A stretch of DNA of 62,110 bases, the filler included, from Actinomycetota bacterium (GTDB lineage: Bacteria > Actinomycetota > Acidimicrobiia > IMCC26256 > VFJJ01), in assembly GCA_009886115.1 (NCBI GenBank). It is 4 parts of 4 records of this genome, joined end to end, with 100 filler letters (N's around TTAATTAATTAA, not from the genome) between each part and the next. Parts side by side here need not be neighbours in the genome. Positions count along the whole stretch, not along the records: positions 7,135 to 28,442 come from VFJJ01000119.1; 3 more parts are not named here. The stretch is one strand, 5' to 3'. Shown in pieces: positions 11,115 to 21,096 of the stretch. The notes under the pieces are model-generated. The model was not told where the DNA came from. It made no database searches and saw only the letters and a list, made by a program, of their open reading frames with translations. The first letter of the stretch is position 1, and the number at the start of each line of letters is the position of its first letter. Both the position numbers and the translations under genes were made by a program.

Positions 11115-12422
11115 TCAGTACCCCGAGACGAGGGTCCGCCCGTCGAGATCGATGGCTACGGTGTCGGGGTCGCCGACGTGCCAGCCGCGAACGGCGGCGC
11201 CGCTCGACCAGAACACCCACTGGCCGTCCGGGGAGAGCGCCGCCGCTCCGAGTTGCCCGCCTTGGTCGGGAAGGCTGATGAGCTCCCCCGTCGTCGAATC
11301 GAAGAGGCGATACTCGGGAGGACCGCCGGTGTATATGACGACCACCTGTCGGCCTGCCGCTTCTGCGGAGAACGGCTCACCGAAGCTGACCCCTGGCCAA
11401 TTCAGCGCATCGAGGAAAGCCGCCGGGCGCCGTTCGCCCGTCGCCGGGTCGAAGAGCGTCGTCGTGCACCGCAACGCCTCGTCGCACTCGCTGAGAAGAA
11501 TGATCCTGCCGAGGACTGCTTCGACCTTCCCTGTGGCGATCTGATCGAAGGTGCCGTCCTGGCCGACGTACAGGCCCCCGCCCGCACCGATCACGAGGCC
11601 GTCGGGCACGGCGAAGTAGACCCTGGAGCTCGCCGGAGGCCGTGCCTCGCCGGTGACCGTGCCGTCGGCCAGGTCGACCTCTCGGAGCTCGGGGCGCCCG
11701 TCCTCGGTGCACTCGTACACCCACCACCGGCCCGGTGTCGCCGACGGGAACCCACCACAAGCGTCGCCGAGCGGCACCGGCTCGCCGCCGCCTCCGGCGA
11801 GCGGGATGGCAAGCACGGGTCGCCCGCTGAGCGTGACGACCCAACCGTCGTGCACCATGCAACAGACCGGGTACAGCTCGTCGCCGAGGTTCTCGGCGAT
11901 CGTGCGTTCAACGCCGGTGTCGAGGTCGATCTCCACGAGGTCACCGTCGTCGGCCACGAGAAGGCGTGTACCGGTCGGGGCCAGCAGGTACGGGCCGTGG
12001 GGTTCCCGGGTCGTGGGTACCCCGATCGAGGGCGAGCCCGTGATCACCGACCGCGATCGATCGATGGCCTCGGGCGAAACCGCCGGGCCGTGACGGGTCA
12101 CCGACGACCGCTCGGTCGCCGACGGTGTGGTGGACGGGGGAAGCGGCGGCGCTGCAGTGGTCGCTGCGGCTGTCGAACCGGTCGTCGAGCTGGCTGAGGA
12201 GCTCCCCGGGGCGACGTCGGCCGAGCGCACGGCCAGCCCGATCGCCCCGCCGATCAGCGCCAGACCCACCGCCCAGGCACCCAGCCGACGCGCTCGCGAG
12301 CCGGGTCCGGCCCTGCCGGGCACGGCGACCGCCTCGATCGACTCGATCTCGTCGATCGAACGCTCCACGGCCAGCGGAGCGAGCACGTCGACCGCGTCGT
12401 CGCCTGGACGCCGTCCCTTCAC
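11115..12422 (-). CDS. Single-pass membrane protein with Ser/Thr linker and probable beta-propeller (paralog of 12459-13874)
   Basis: TM segment, S/T/P-rich linker, REPHGPYLL, LSPDGQW motif. Confidence 0.7.
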   Translation of the reverse strand: MKGRRPGDDAVDVLAPLAVERSIDEIESIEAVAVPGRAGPGSRARRLGAWAVGLALIGGAIGLAVRSADVAPGSSSASSTTGSTAAATTAAPPLPPSTTPSATERSSVTRHGPAVSPEAIDRSRSVITGSPSIGVPTTREPHGPYLLAPTGTRLLVADDGDLVEIDLDTGVERTIAENLGDELYPVCCMVHDGWVVTLSGRPVLAIPLAGGGGEPVPLGDACGGFPSATPGRWWVYECTEDGRPELREVDLADGTVTGEARPPASSRVYFAVPDGLVIGAGGGLYVGQDGTFDQIATGKVEAVLGRIILLSECDEALRCTTTLFDPATGERRPAAFLDALNWPGVSFGEPFSAEAAGRQVVVIYTGGPPEYRLFDSTTGELISLPDQGGQLGAAALSPDGQWVFWSSGAAVRGWHVGDPDTVAIDLDGRTLVSGY

Positions 12423-12458
12423 GGCGCACTCTCATTCACCCCGGCCACCCCGGCGTGC

Positions 12459-13874
12459 TCAGTATCCGCCGATGAAGGTGCGGCCGCTGAGATCGAGATC
12501 GAGATCGATGACATCGGGGCCCCCGACGAGCCAGGCGCGCACGGTGCCACCGGACAACCAGAACAGCCAACGACCGTCGGGCGAGAGCACCGTGACCCCG
12601 TCGAAACCGAATCTGTCGATGTCGGAGCTCTCGGGCAGGTCGAAGACCTCGCCCGACTCCACGTCGATCACCTGGACCAGCGGGCCCTGCCCGTCGTAGG
12701 TGACCGACACGAAGCGGGAGCCGGCGATGCTGGCGACCGACCCGCCGTAGAAGCCGAATCCGGCCGTGAGCGGCACATCGACCGGCCGGCTGTCGCCGGT
12801 GACCGGATCGACGAGGAGCATCTCGCACTCGAGGCGCTCGTTGCAGCTCGTGACCAGCACGTGCGAGCCGAGCACCACGCCGCCCGATCCGTCGGAGACC
12901 CGTCGGATGTCGCCGTCGCCGTCGGCCACGTACACCCCACCCGGCGCCGTGATGACCAGGCCGGCGTTGGAGTCGCCCGACACCGGGATCGGGAACGGGG
13001 GCGTGAACGTGCCCACCCCCACTCCATCGTCGAGCCTGATCTCACGGAGCTCCTGGACCGGTCCATCGCACTGGTAGATCCACCAATGCCCGGGCTCGGC
13101 TGACGGGAACCCGCCGCACCCTCCGCTTCCGACGCGTCGGGGCTCCCCACCCTCGACCGGGATCGCCGTGATGGTGTCGGTGGAAGCAACGATCCAGCCG
13201 TCCTGCACGCGAACCGAGCCGGGATACAGGTTCTCGCCGATGTCTTCGGCGACGAGCCGCTCGGCTCCGGTGTCGAGGTCGATGGCCACGAGATCGCCCC
13301 GGTCGGCCACGAGCAGATGGGCTCCCGTGGGGACCAGCAGGTACGGCCCGTGCGGTTCCCTGGTGGTCGTGGTGCGGTCGCTTCGGCGCGGGTTGGTCGT
13401 CGGGGTTCGGCCTGGCCGGCTCGTCTCCGACTGCGGATCGTTGCCTCCTGCGGACGACGTGGTGGTCGAGGCACCTGCGTCGAGCTCGCTACCGGAGCCG
13501 TCACCGGCCGAGCGAACCGCGAGCCCGATCGCCCCGGCCACGACGGCCAGTCCGAGGATCCAGGCCCCGGCCCGCCGGAGACGGGCCCCGGGCTCGTCGT
13601 CCGACGCTGCTCCGCCGACGGCCAGGGCCGACCGGTCGTCGAACAAAGGGTCGATCGCGGCGAGGTTGCCCGACCCGGCGGTATCGGCAACCGGCGCACG
13701 GGTGACCCGGCTCGGGCGCAGGCCCAGGGCGGCGCCACAGGTCGGGCACACCGTGGCCCCTGCCGGGCATCGCGCGAAGCACTCGGAGCACACCTGCTGG
13801 GGCACGGGCATCGCCGGCTCGGAGGGGGGCTGCGACGGGGGGAGCGGCGGATGCGGCGGGGGCGGCCGGGTCAT
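12459..13874 (-). CDS. Zinc-ribbon + TM + probable beta-propeller protein
   Basis: CSEC...CPTCG, TM segment, REPHGPYLL, LSPDGRW; start uncertain. Confidence 0.7.
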   Translation of the reverse strand: MTRPPPPHPPLPPSQPPSEPAMPVPQQVCSECFARCPAGATVCPTCGAALGLRPSRVTRAPVADTAGSGNLAAIDPLFDDRSALAVGGAASDDEPGARLRRAGAWILGLAVVAGAIGLAVRSAGDGSGSELDAGASTTTSSAGGNDPQSETSRPGRTPTTNPRRSDRTTTTREPHGPYLLVPTGAHLLVADRGDLVAIDLDTGAERLVAEDIGENLYPGSVRVQDGWIVASTDTITAIPVEGGEPRRVGSGGCGGFPSAEPGHWWIYQCDGPVQELREIRLDDGVGVGTFTPPFPIPVSGDSNAGLVITAPGGVYVADGDGDIRRVSDGSGGVVLGSHVLVTSCNERLECEMLLVDPVTGDSRPVDVPLTAGFGFYGGSVASIAGSRFVSVTYDGQGPLVQVIDVESGEVFDLPESSDIDRFGFDGVTVLSPDGRWLFWLSGGTVRAWLVGGPDVIDLDLDLSGRTFIGGY

Positions 13875-13883
13875 GCCGCTCCC

Positions 13884-14654
13884 TCAGCCGCTCGTGATCC
13901 GGACGGCGAAGGCGACAGCCTGTTCCTCGATGAGCGGGGCGTCCCAGTCTTGTGTGGCCACGTGGTACGAACGCTCGAGCGACACCCGCACGACCGACCC
14001 GGCCACCGCCTCGGCGTACACGTCGGACGACCCCGGCGGCACCACGTGATCGTCGACCGAGGTGAACACGAGCGACGCGCAGCGGATCTGGCTCAATGCC
14101 GGCGCCACCTCGTCGCGCACTGCTTCCAGGAGGGATACCAGCGGCCGCAAGGGCGTGCCCACGTAGGCCGTCTCGATCACGTCGGGCTTGGCGATGTCGG
14201 AGCCGATGCCGGCCATCACCTCGCCATTGGCCAGCTCGGCTTCGAGCAGGGGGATGAGGTCGGCGCTGGCCGGGTCGAACAAGCCGTTGACGGTGACCAC
14301 GCCGGCGACTCCCTCATGGCGCGAGGCCAGCCATGCGACGAGTGTCGCCCCCATCGACAATCCGACGACCACGACGCTGTCGACCCGGGCAGACAGGTCG
14401 AGGTACTCGGCCTCCAGCGCAGCGGACCAGTCGGCCCACCTGGTCGGGAGCATGTCGTCGACGTGGGTGCCATGGCCCGGAAGTCGAGGCAGCTCGACCG
14501 TGAAGCCGGCAGCGGCGAAACACTCGGCCAACGCGCGCATCGAGCCCGGGTTGCCCGTGAAGCCGTGACTCAGGAGCACTCCGTGCCGACCGCCGGCAGC
14601 CGACCATGCCTCCGCGCCGTCGATCACGGGATACGACGACCAACCATCAACCAC
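13884..14654 (-). CDS. Alpha/beta-hydrolase carboxylesterase (monoacylglycerol lipase-like)
   Basis: HGFTG, LPGHGT, nucleophile GLSMG, DHVV, SYHVAT. Confidence 0.92.
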   Translation of the reverse strand: MVDGWSSYPVIDGAEAWSAAGGRHGVLLSHGFTGNPGSMRALAECFAAAGFTVELPRLPGHGTHVDDMLPTRWADWSAALEAEYLDLSARVDSVVVVGLSMGATLVAWLASRHEGVAGVVTVNGLFDPASADLIPLLEAELANGEVMAGIGSDIAKPDVIETAYVGTPLRPLVSLLEAVRDEVAPALSQIRCASLVFTSVDDHVVPPGSSDVYAEAVAGSVVRVSLERSYHVATQDWDAPLIEEQAVAFAVRITSG

Positions 14655-14898
14655 GGTGACCTCCGAGTGCGAGCGCGAGCGCTGGGGAACGAGCCGATCG
14701 ACCGGCCACGGGCGTGGAGCCCGGGCGGATGCAGGCGACGGGGCACACCGGCACGCACGCCCCGCAGCCGGTGCACGAGCGGGCATCGATGGAGACCCGG
14801 GGGCCCGCGACACGAATGGCGTCGAACGCCGGCGGGCACGCGGGCAGGCACAGCAGGCACGACACGCACAAGGTCGGCTCGATCCGTAGCGCACGCAC
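14647..14898 (-). CDS. 2x[4Fe-4S] ferredoxin
   Basis: CVSCLLCLPACP and CTGCGACVPVCP at the 3' end of the 14647-15354 ORF; GTG at 14898. Confidence 0.85.
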   Translation of the reverse strand: MRALRIEPTLCVSCLLCLPACPPAFDAIRVAGPRVSIDARSCTGCGACVPVCPVACIRPGSTPVAGRSARSPALALALGGHRG

Positions 14899-15168
14899 GG
14901 ACGCCAGGGTAGGCGGTCGGGACGCCGGTCGTCGTGCGCCCCGACCGGGCTCCGAGCGCCGCCCCGCAGTACCCGTCGATCGGGGACGGACGGCCGGCGC
15001 AACGGTCGCCCCGCCGCTCCCGAGGCGCTTCCCTGTCTGCCCGAAGCGGCCCCCGTCGGCGGGCAACGGCGACGTTCTCGGCCCCGGAGCTCGTTCCGAC
15101 ACCGGGCCGACCCGATCGCCACGGTCGATAGCATCGGGCGACATCGCCGGCCGTCCCCAGGAGCGCTC

Positions 15169-15561
15169 GTGGCCCTCACCTTCCTCTCCGACGAGTGGTT
15201 CACCAAGGTCGCCGAGTTGGTGTCCGAGCACGGCGGGGCGCCGCCGAACGCCAACCTGGTGATGAACCTCGTGGTCACCGGCGGCCCGTTCGACGGCGAC
15301 CGTCTCATGCACATGGGGGCCGAGAACGGTCACGCCTTGTGGGGGTCCGGGCATCGTGAGGTTGCCGACCTCACGATGACCACCGACTACCAGACGGCCA
15401 AGGACGTGTTCCTCTCACGCGACGCCCAGGCCGGGATGCAGGCGTTCATGACCGGCAAGGTGAAGGTGCAGGGCGACCTGGCCAAGCTCATGCTTTCGCA
15501 GGCCGCGGGGACGGGTCCGAGTCCCGAGCTCACCGACGCCATCGTCGAGATCACCGAGTAG
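15169..15561 (+). CDS. SCP2 sterol-binding domain protein
   Basis: FLSDEW N-terminus, QAFMTGKVKVQGDLAKLM; AGGAG RBS. Confidence 0.88.
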   Translation: MALTFLSDEWFTKVAELVSEHGGAPPNANLVMNLVVTGGPFDGDRLMHMGAENGHALWGSGHREVADLTMTTDYQTAKDVFLSRDAQAGMQAFMTGKVKVQGDLAKLMLSQAAGTGPSPELTDAIVEITE

Positions 15562-15638
15562 CTCGTAGCTCACCCGAGGAGGCCACGCAGGGAGGCCAGG
15601 AACCCACGAAGGGAGGCCAGGACCAGCGCAGCCGCACC

Positions 15639-17018
15639 TCACCGATGGACGGCGCGCTCCGGCGGCGGCCCGAACGCCAGCGCGAACCCCACGGCGATCG
15701 CAGCGATGCCCGTGAGCACCAGGTAGGACACGAAGAATCGCCCGGGCGTGCGATCGTCACCCAGCACCACGGTCATGAGCTGGATCCCCACCGTCACACC
15801 CACCTGCGACAGCATCTGGTTGGCGGCGCCCGCGGCCCCGAGGTCGTGCTCGGCCACCGACCGGGCCACGAGCGAAGCCATGGGCGGGAAGGCCGCTCCC
15901 CCACCGATCCCCGTAAGGGCCAGGCCGATCACCACGAGCGCCGTCGAACCCTCGCGAGCGCCGAGACCCGTCACGATCATCCCCGCCGCCAACACCATGA
16001 GCCCGAGCACGGCGCAGCGCCGCTCCCCCAGTCGGTTCGTGTAGTGGCCGGCGATCGCCGAGGCGCCCGATGACGTTCCCGGTCGGATGATCATGAGGAA
16101 CGCCGCACCGCTCACGGAGTACCCGAGCACCGAACGGGCCAGGGCCGGGCCGATGATGAAGCTCCCCATGTAGGCCATGTTCGCCAGAGCCGACGCCGTG
16201 ACGGGAGCCCAGACCGAGCGCAACCTGAAGTACGCCAAGGGCACCACCGGTTCGGGAACCCGCGCCTCATGGCGTAGGAACACCACCAGGGCGACGGGCG
16301 CCAGCGCGAAGCCGACGATCACGACCGGATGGTCGAAGCCCCAACGACCGCCCCGGTCGAGCGCGAACAACGCCGAGACGGTCGTCACGCCGAGGAGGAT
16401 CGCGCCGCGCACGTCGATCGACACGTGATCCCGCCGAGGCGTTTCGGGAATCACCCGCCAGGCAAGCATGAACACGACGGCGATGATGGGCGCCTGCACG
16501 GCGAAGATCGCCCGCCAGCCGAGCGTGTCGACCATCGGTCCGCCCAGCACCAATCCGGCGACGGGTGCCGACGCGCCGACCCCGGCCCACCAGCCGAGCG
16601 CCCGTGGCCGGTCCTCGAAGCTCAGGGTCGAAAGCAGCAGGGCCATCGACGACGGCATCAGGGCGCCCGTCGACGCGCCGGCGAGTGTGCGGACGACGAT
16701 GAGCGACGCCGCGTCCCACGCGAACACCGCACCCAGGGTGAACAACCCCGATGACGCGATGCCGATGAGGAACAGCCGGCGATGGCCGCGCAGGTCGCCC
16801 GTCTTGCCGGCGATGGGCATGGCCACCACGAAACCCAACATCGGACCCGTGACCGCCCAGGTGAGCGTGGCGCTGCTGGTACCCAGGCTCTCGGCGATGT
16901 CGCCGAGCGACACGGCGAGGATCGTGACCGAGTACCCCGTCCCGAACACACTGGCGAGCACGGTGAGCAGGACCCGCCGGGGAGAGCTCGGCGGCAGGTT
17001 CCGGCGACGACTTGACAC
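15639..17018 (-). CDS. MFS transporter (DHA2-like)
   Basis: GKTGDLRGHRR motif A, GPVAGLVLGG-type motif (APVAGLVLGG), GWRAIF, many TM helices; start uncertain. Confidence 0.88.
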   Translation of the reverse strand: MSSRRRNLPPSSPRRVLLTVLASVFGTGYSVTILAVSLGDIAESLGTSSATLTWAVTGPMLGFVVAMPIAGKTGDLRGHRRLFLIGIASSGLFTLGAVFAWDAASLIVVRTLAGASTGALMPSSMALLLSTLSFEDRPRALGWWAGVGASAPVAGLVLGGPMVDTLGWRAIFAVQAPIIAVVFMLAWRVIPETPRRDHVSIDVRGAILLGVTTVSALFALDRGGRWGFDHPVVIVGFALAPVALVVFLRHEARVPEPVVPLAYFRLRSVWAPVTASALANMAYMGSFIIGPALARSVLGYSVSGAAFLMIIRPGTSSGASAIAGHYTNRLGERRCAVLGLMVLAAGMIVTGLGAREGSTALVVIGLALTGIGGGAAFPPMASLVARSVAEHDLGAAGAANQMLSQVGVTVGIQLMTVVLGDDRTPGRFFVSYLVLTGIAAIAVGFALAFGPPPERAVHR

Positions 17019-17029
17019 TTTCGTCAAGT
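17010..17029. promoter_or_regulatory. Perfect inverted repeat ACTTGAC-N6-GTCAAGT, candidate operator between divergent MFS and thiolase-fold genes
   Basis: Palindrome seen directly; function inferred. Confidence 0.5.
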
Positions 17030-17207
17030 AAGCGCGCCCGGATCGGCGGGCGGCGGGCGGAGCGACGGTCACCCTCCCGACGTTACGTGAGCATCCGACC
17101 ATGCCGGGCACTGGCATGCCCCCACGGCATGCCCCACCCACCCAGGGCCGTTAGCGTGGGCCGGGACGGGTGGCGGAACTCCAAGCACCCGCGAACCGGA
17201 GGATGCC

Positions 17208-18353
17208 TTGGCGCGAACCGGCTGTGCCATCACGGGGATCGGGCGGACGACCTTCACGCGCCGCTCGGGCCGGACGACACTGGCCATGGCGGCCGAGGCA
17301 TGCCGCGCGGCCGTGGCCGACGCCGGCCTGACCATGCCCGACGTCGACGGCATGATCGCCTTCCAGGCCGGCGACTCGGTGGGACCGCTGTCGGTCTCGC
17401 GGGCCGTCGGCATCCCCGAGCTGGCGTGGAACATCGACGTGCTCGGGGGTGGGAACGTCGTCGCCAACATCGTCGCCACCGCAGGAGCTGCCATCGATGC
17501 CGGGCTGTGTCGAGCGGTGCTCGTGTACCGGTCGCTCAACGGCCGCTCGGGGTACCGCTTCGGAACCTCGACCTCGCGCCAGCAGGTGGGCGGAGAGATG
17601 CAGTTCGACGCACCCCACGGATACCTCGTCCCTCCCCAGTGGATCGCCATGTGGGCCCGCCGCCACCAGCACGAGTACGGCTCCACGTGCGACGACCTGG
17701 GCCAGATCGCGATCACGCAGCGGACCCACGCCACGGCCAACGAGCATGCGATCAACCGCTCGCCCCTGAGCCTCGACGAGTACCGCGCCGGACGCTGGAT
17801 CAACGAGCCGTTCCGGATCTACGACTGCGCCTACGAGATCGACGGCGCGGTGGCCATCTTGGTGGTGGGACCCGAGCTCGCCGAGTCGTGCGCCGTCGCA
17901 CCGGCGTGGCTCATCGGCTCGGCCGACTCGCAGTCGGGCGACGGTTGGACCCAATGGGACGACCCCACGTCGATGTACTCCCGCCACGCCGCACCCCGGC
18001 TGTGGAACCGGACGGGCCTCAGCGCCGCCGAGATCGACGTCGCCTGCATGTACGACTGCTTCACCTACACCGTCATGGCCACGATCGAGGACTTCGGCTT
18101 CTGCGCCAAGGGCGGCGTCGGCGAGTACTTCTCGTCGGGACGGGCCACCTATGGCGGAGACGTGGTCGTGAACCCGCACGGCGGGCTGCTGTCGGAGGGC
18201 TACATCCACGGGCTCAACCACTACTTCGAGGCTGCGCTGCAGCTCCAGGGCCGCGCCGGTGAACGCCAGGTGCCCGATGCCCGCCGGGCTCTCGTGACCG
18301 CCGGCGCGGGCCCCTACGGCGGCGCCACCGTGCTCAGCGCCGACCGTCCATGA
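17208..18353 (+). CDS. Thiolase-superfamily lipid-transfer protein (Ltp2-like aldolase type)
   Basis: AITGIG.T, YDCFT, NPHGGLLSEGYIHG; GGG where thiolases carry the nucleophilic Cys; coupled to a DUF35 gene. Confidence 0.85.
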   Translation: MARTGCAITGIGRTTFTRRSGRTTLAMAAEACRAAVADAGLTMPDVDGMIAFQAGDSVGPLSVSRAVGIPELAWNIDVLGGGNVVANIVATAGAAIDAGLCRAVLVYRSLNGRSGYRFGTSTSRQQVGGEMQFDAPHGYLVPPQWIAMWARRHQHEYGSTCDDLGQIAITQRTHATANEHAINRSPLSLDEYRAGRWINEPFRIYDCAYEIDGAVAILVVGPELAESCAVAPAWLIGSADSQSGDGWTQWDDPTSMYSRHAAPRLWNRTGLSAAEIDVACMYDCFTYTVMATIEDFGFCAKGGVGEYFSSGRATYGGDVVVNPHGGLLSEGYIHGLNHYFEAALQLQGRAGERQVPDARRALVTAGAGPYGGATVLSADRP

Positions 18354-18811
18354 GCGCGCCCATGGACGGGGCAGTCGGGGCAGTCGCGGCAGTCGCGGCT
18401 CCCCCGTCGAGCGAGCCGCCGCAGCCCCTGCCCGACCTCGACACCGAGGGATTCTGGCAGGCGACGGCCCGGGGCGAGCTGGCCCTGTGTCGTTGTCACG
18501 ACTGTCTGCTGTGGGTGCAGCCCCCGCTCGAACGCTGCCCGTCGTGTGCCGGTCCCACGTCGTTCCAGCCGGTGAGCGGGATCGGGCGCGTGTTCAGCTT
18601 CATCGTGGTGCGCCATCCGGCCGTCTCGGGCTTCGAGCACGAGCTCCCCATGGTGGTGGCGATCGTCGAGCTCGAGGAGCAGGTGGGGCTGCGCCTCACG
18701 AGCCGCATCGTCGGCCCGCTCGAGGAGGTCGAGATCGGTTCGCGGGTCGTGGCCGAGCTCGTCGCCCTGCCCGGGGGCGACTTCCACGCCCCCGTCTTTC
18801 GCCCCACCTGA
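18350..18811 (+). CDS. DUF35 Zn-ribbon/OB-fold protein
   Basis: FWQA...GEL...RCHDC...CPSC, G.G.VFSF, VELEEQ; ATGA overlap with upstream gene. Confidence 0.9.
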   Translation: MSAPMDGAVGAVAAVAAPPSSEPPQPLPDLDTEGFWQATARGELALCRCHDCLLWVQPPLERCPSCAGPTSFQPVSGIGRVFSFIVVRHPAVSGFEHELPMVVAIVELEEQVGLRLTSRIVGPLEEVEIGSRVVAELVALPGGDFHAPVFRPT

Positions 18812-18863
18812 ACGGAACCCATCCCAAATTTGCGGGGTGTTTGGGTCCGGGGCGGGAGGGGGG

Positions 18864-20048
18864 CTACGGCGTGATCTCGACGGGGGTGCCAAGGGGGACG
18901 TGCTCGGCGAGGAGGGCCACGACGTCGTTGGCGACGCGGACGCAACCGTGCGACGCGCTCCTGCCGATGCTCCCGGGCTTGTTCGTGCCGTGGATCGCCA
19001 GCTGGCCGTCACCGCCGCCGAACTCGGTGAGCACGTCCGAGAACCCGTTGAGGGCCAACGCAGCCGGGCCGTACGCGCCCTGGGGTCGACCCGTGAGCAC
19101 CACGGCGTTCACGTAGTACGTGCCCGGCGGCGTGGGGGTCGACGGCATCCCGACGGCCACGCTCACGTCGTGGACGACCTCGAGCCCGTGGACCACGACC
19201 ATCCGGTGCTCGGCGAGCGACACCGAGATGCGCCACTCGTTGGCCACGAGGGTCACCTGGCTCTCACGGATCCAGCCCGTCGAGCCGTTCGGTCGCTGTG
19301 GCAGCACCACCTCGAGCCAGCCGTCGCCGGGACGGTCGGTGACGAGCAACACGAGCGGAGCGTCGTAGCGCCACGGGTTGGCGAAGTTGGCGACGGGAGC
19401 GAGGTCGCCGGGAGCGGCAAACACGTCGACGCTCGTGCCCGTGGCCCAGGCCGACCATCCACCGATGCCCGCCGGCGGTCCCGGGAGGGACGTCGAGGTC
19501 GTCGTGCTGGCCGCCCCAACCTCGACGTCACCTGAGGCGAGCGCCGGCGTGGCCGTAGCTGAGTCCGCGGCCTCGGACGGCGGCTTCGTGGCGACCGTCG
19601 TGGGCGCGGTCTCGGGCCGGAGCTCGCCGATGTCGTCCTGGGCCTCGTCGAGCAGGACGGTCTTGGGGGCCCTGAGCCGTTGACCGTCGGAGGCCAGCAC
19701 GGTGGGAACGGCAATGGCCGACGCCAGCCCCAGTGCGACGAAGGGGACGACCACACGCGCGCGGAGACCCCGCAGCTTGCTCACGCCCAGTGATCGGCGC
19801 CGCCGGATCATGGCTTGAGGATTCGGGGCCGCGCCCACCCGTCGGATCGGTTCGACAAGGCCCCCAGGGTACAGACCGTCGTGGGTGGCAGCGTCGTCGG
19901 GCTCGGACTCGGCGCCGACGTCGGTGGGCGTCGTGGTCGGGTGGGCGACGTGATCCGGCGGGCCCCCGACCACGTTTTCGGGCGGGCGTCGGCGGGCGGC
20001 GGTGTCGGACGGGCACGCGGTGGCGCCCGACGGTGTCGGTCGGCTCAC
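18864..20048 (-). CDS. L,D-transpeptidase (YkuD family)
   Basis: RPNGSTGW, VAVG....TPPG, AIHGT....IGRSASHGCVRV; start uncertain (20048 or about 19811). Confidence 0.9.
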   Translation of the reverse strand: MSRPTPSGATACPSDTAARRRPPENVVGGPPDHVAHPTTTPTDVGAESEPDDAATHDGLYPGGLVEPIRRVGAAPNPQAMIRRRRSLGVSKLRGLRARVVVPFVALGLASAIAVPTVLASDGQRLRAPKTVLLDEAQDDIGELRPETAPTTVATKPPSEAADSATATPALASGDVEVGAASTTTSTSLPGPPAGIGGWSAWATGTSVDVFAAPGDLAPVANFANPWRYDAPLVLLVTDRPGDGWLEVVLPQRPNGSTGWIRESQVTLVANEWRISVSLAEHRMVVVHGLEVVHDVSVAVGMPSTPTPPGTYYVNAVVLTGRPQGAYGPAALALNGFSDVLTEFGGGDGQLAIHGTNKPGSIGRSASHGCVRVANDVVALLAEHVPLGTPVEITP

Positions 20049-20614
20049 AGAGCGACGACGGCCGCGGCCCGGCCGGTGGCGGTGAGGGTGACCGTTTCGG
20101 CGCCACCGGGCACCGCCGGCGCGAAGAGCGACCGGATGCGGGTCTCGAGCACCACCTCGACCACGGGAGCCGACCCCGGCTCGTGCTCGACGCGCACAGA
20201 CACGACCGACACGTCGCCCAGATCCGACGAGCCCCGGATGGCCACGGCCTCGGTCACGATGGCCCGGGCTGTCTCGGCATCGAGACGGATCACCCCGTCG
20301 ACGGTGAACTGCCGGTCGGTCGCGATGGCCGCGGCGACGGCGTCGTTGGCTGACGAGTCGGCCAGGTCGACCAACTGGCGCTTGGCCTGGAAGGAACGAG
20401 CCGCGTCGACCGACACCGCGGCGAGCATGAACACGATGAGCAGCCCCGCCGGCATCAGCATCAGCGCCGAACCCCGCTGCCGGTCACCGGTGCAGCCCGA
20501 GCGCCGGCCACCCAGCCGGCTCCGACCTCCCCACAAGCGACCGCGACCCCGGCCGCGACCGCGGCAGCGACCGCGGCGAGGCAGCGGCCCCCGTCCCCCA
20601 CCGGGCCTCAGCAC
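20045..20614 (-). CDS. TadG-like minor pilin
   Basis: QRG|SALMLMPAG hydrophobic helix, VD...ADS.A..A pattern; position in Tad cluster. Confidence 0.7.
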   Translation of the reverse strand: MLRPGGGRGPLPRRGRCRGRGRGRGRLWGGRSRLGGRRSGCTGDRQRGSALMLMPAGLLIVFMLAAVSVDAARSFQAKRQLVDLADSSANDAVAAAIATDRQFTVDGVIRLDAETARAIVTEAVAIRGSSDLGDVSVVSVRVEHEPGSAPVVEVVLETRIRSLFAPAVPGGAETVTLTATGRAAAVVAL

Positions 20615-21096
20615 AACGCCAACCCGGGGATACCGCTGCGGTACGGATCGACCAACTCGGTGTGACGAGAACGTACCGTCACCAGGCTGCCACCCCACCC
20701 GTCGCCCCCGATGGGCAAGCGGACCGTTGGCACGTCGTAGGCGACCTCCACGACCACCCGCTCACAGCGTTCGAAGGCCTCACTGGCGCCGGTCGAGACA
20801 ACGGTGATCGTGTAGTTGGCGCCCGGCACCGGATGACGGCCGCTCGCCTCGAGCGATGCGCGCGCCGCCGCATCGGCGACCGCCAACGCCTCCGCGTCGG
20901 TGAGCACGTCGGCCTCGGCATAGGCCCGGGCCGCTTCCCTGGCGGCTCCGGCTACTGCCTGCTTGGCCTCGATGGTTCCCCACACGCTCACGATGAGCAG
21001 CGTGCCGATCACGAACACCAGCACCCCGAACAGGAGCATCTCGGCCCCTCCGACGAACCCGGCCTGGTCCCGCCTCCCTGTACTCGCGACTGTCAT
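20608..21096 (-). CDS. TadE-like minor pilin
   Basis: QAG|FVGGAEMLLFG helix, AAREAARAYA, VDPYRSG. Confidence 0.8.
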   Translation of the reverse strand: MTVASTGRRDQAGFVGGAEMLLFGVLVFVIGTLLIVSVWGTIEAKQAVAGAAREAARAYAEADVLTDAEALAVADAAARASLEASGRHPVPGANYTITVVSTGASEAFERCERVVVEVAYDVPTVRLPIGGDGWGGSLVTVRSRHTELVDPYRSGIPGLALC

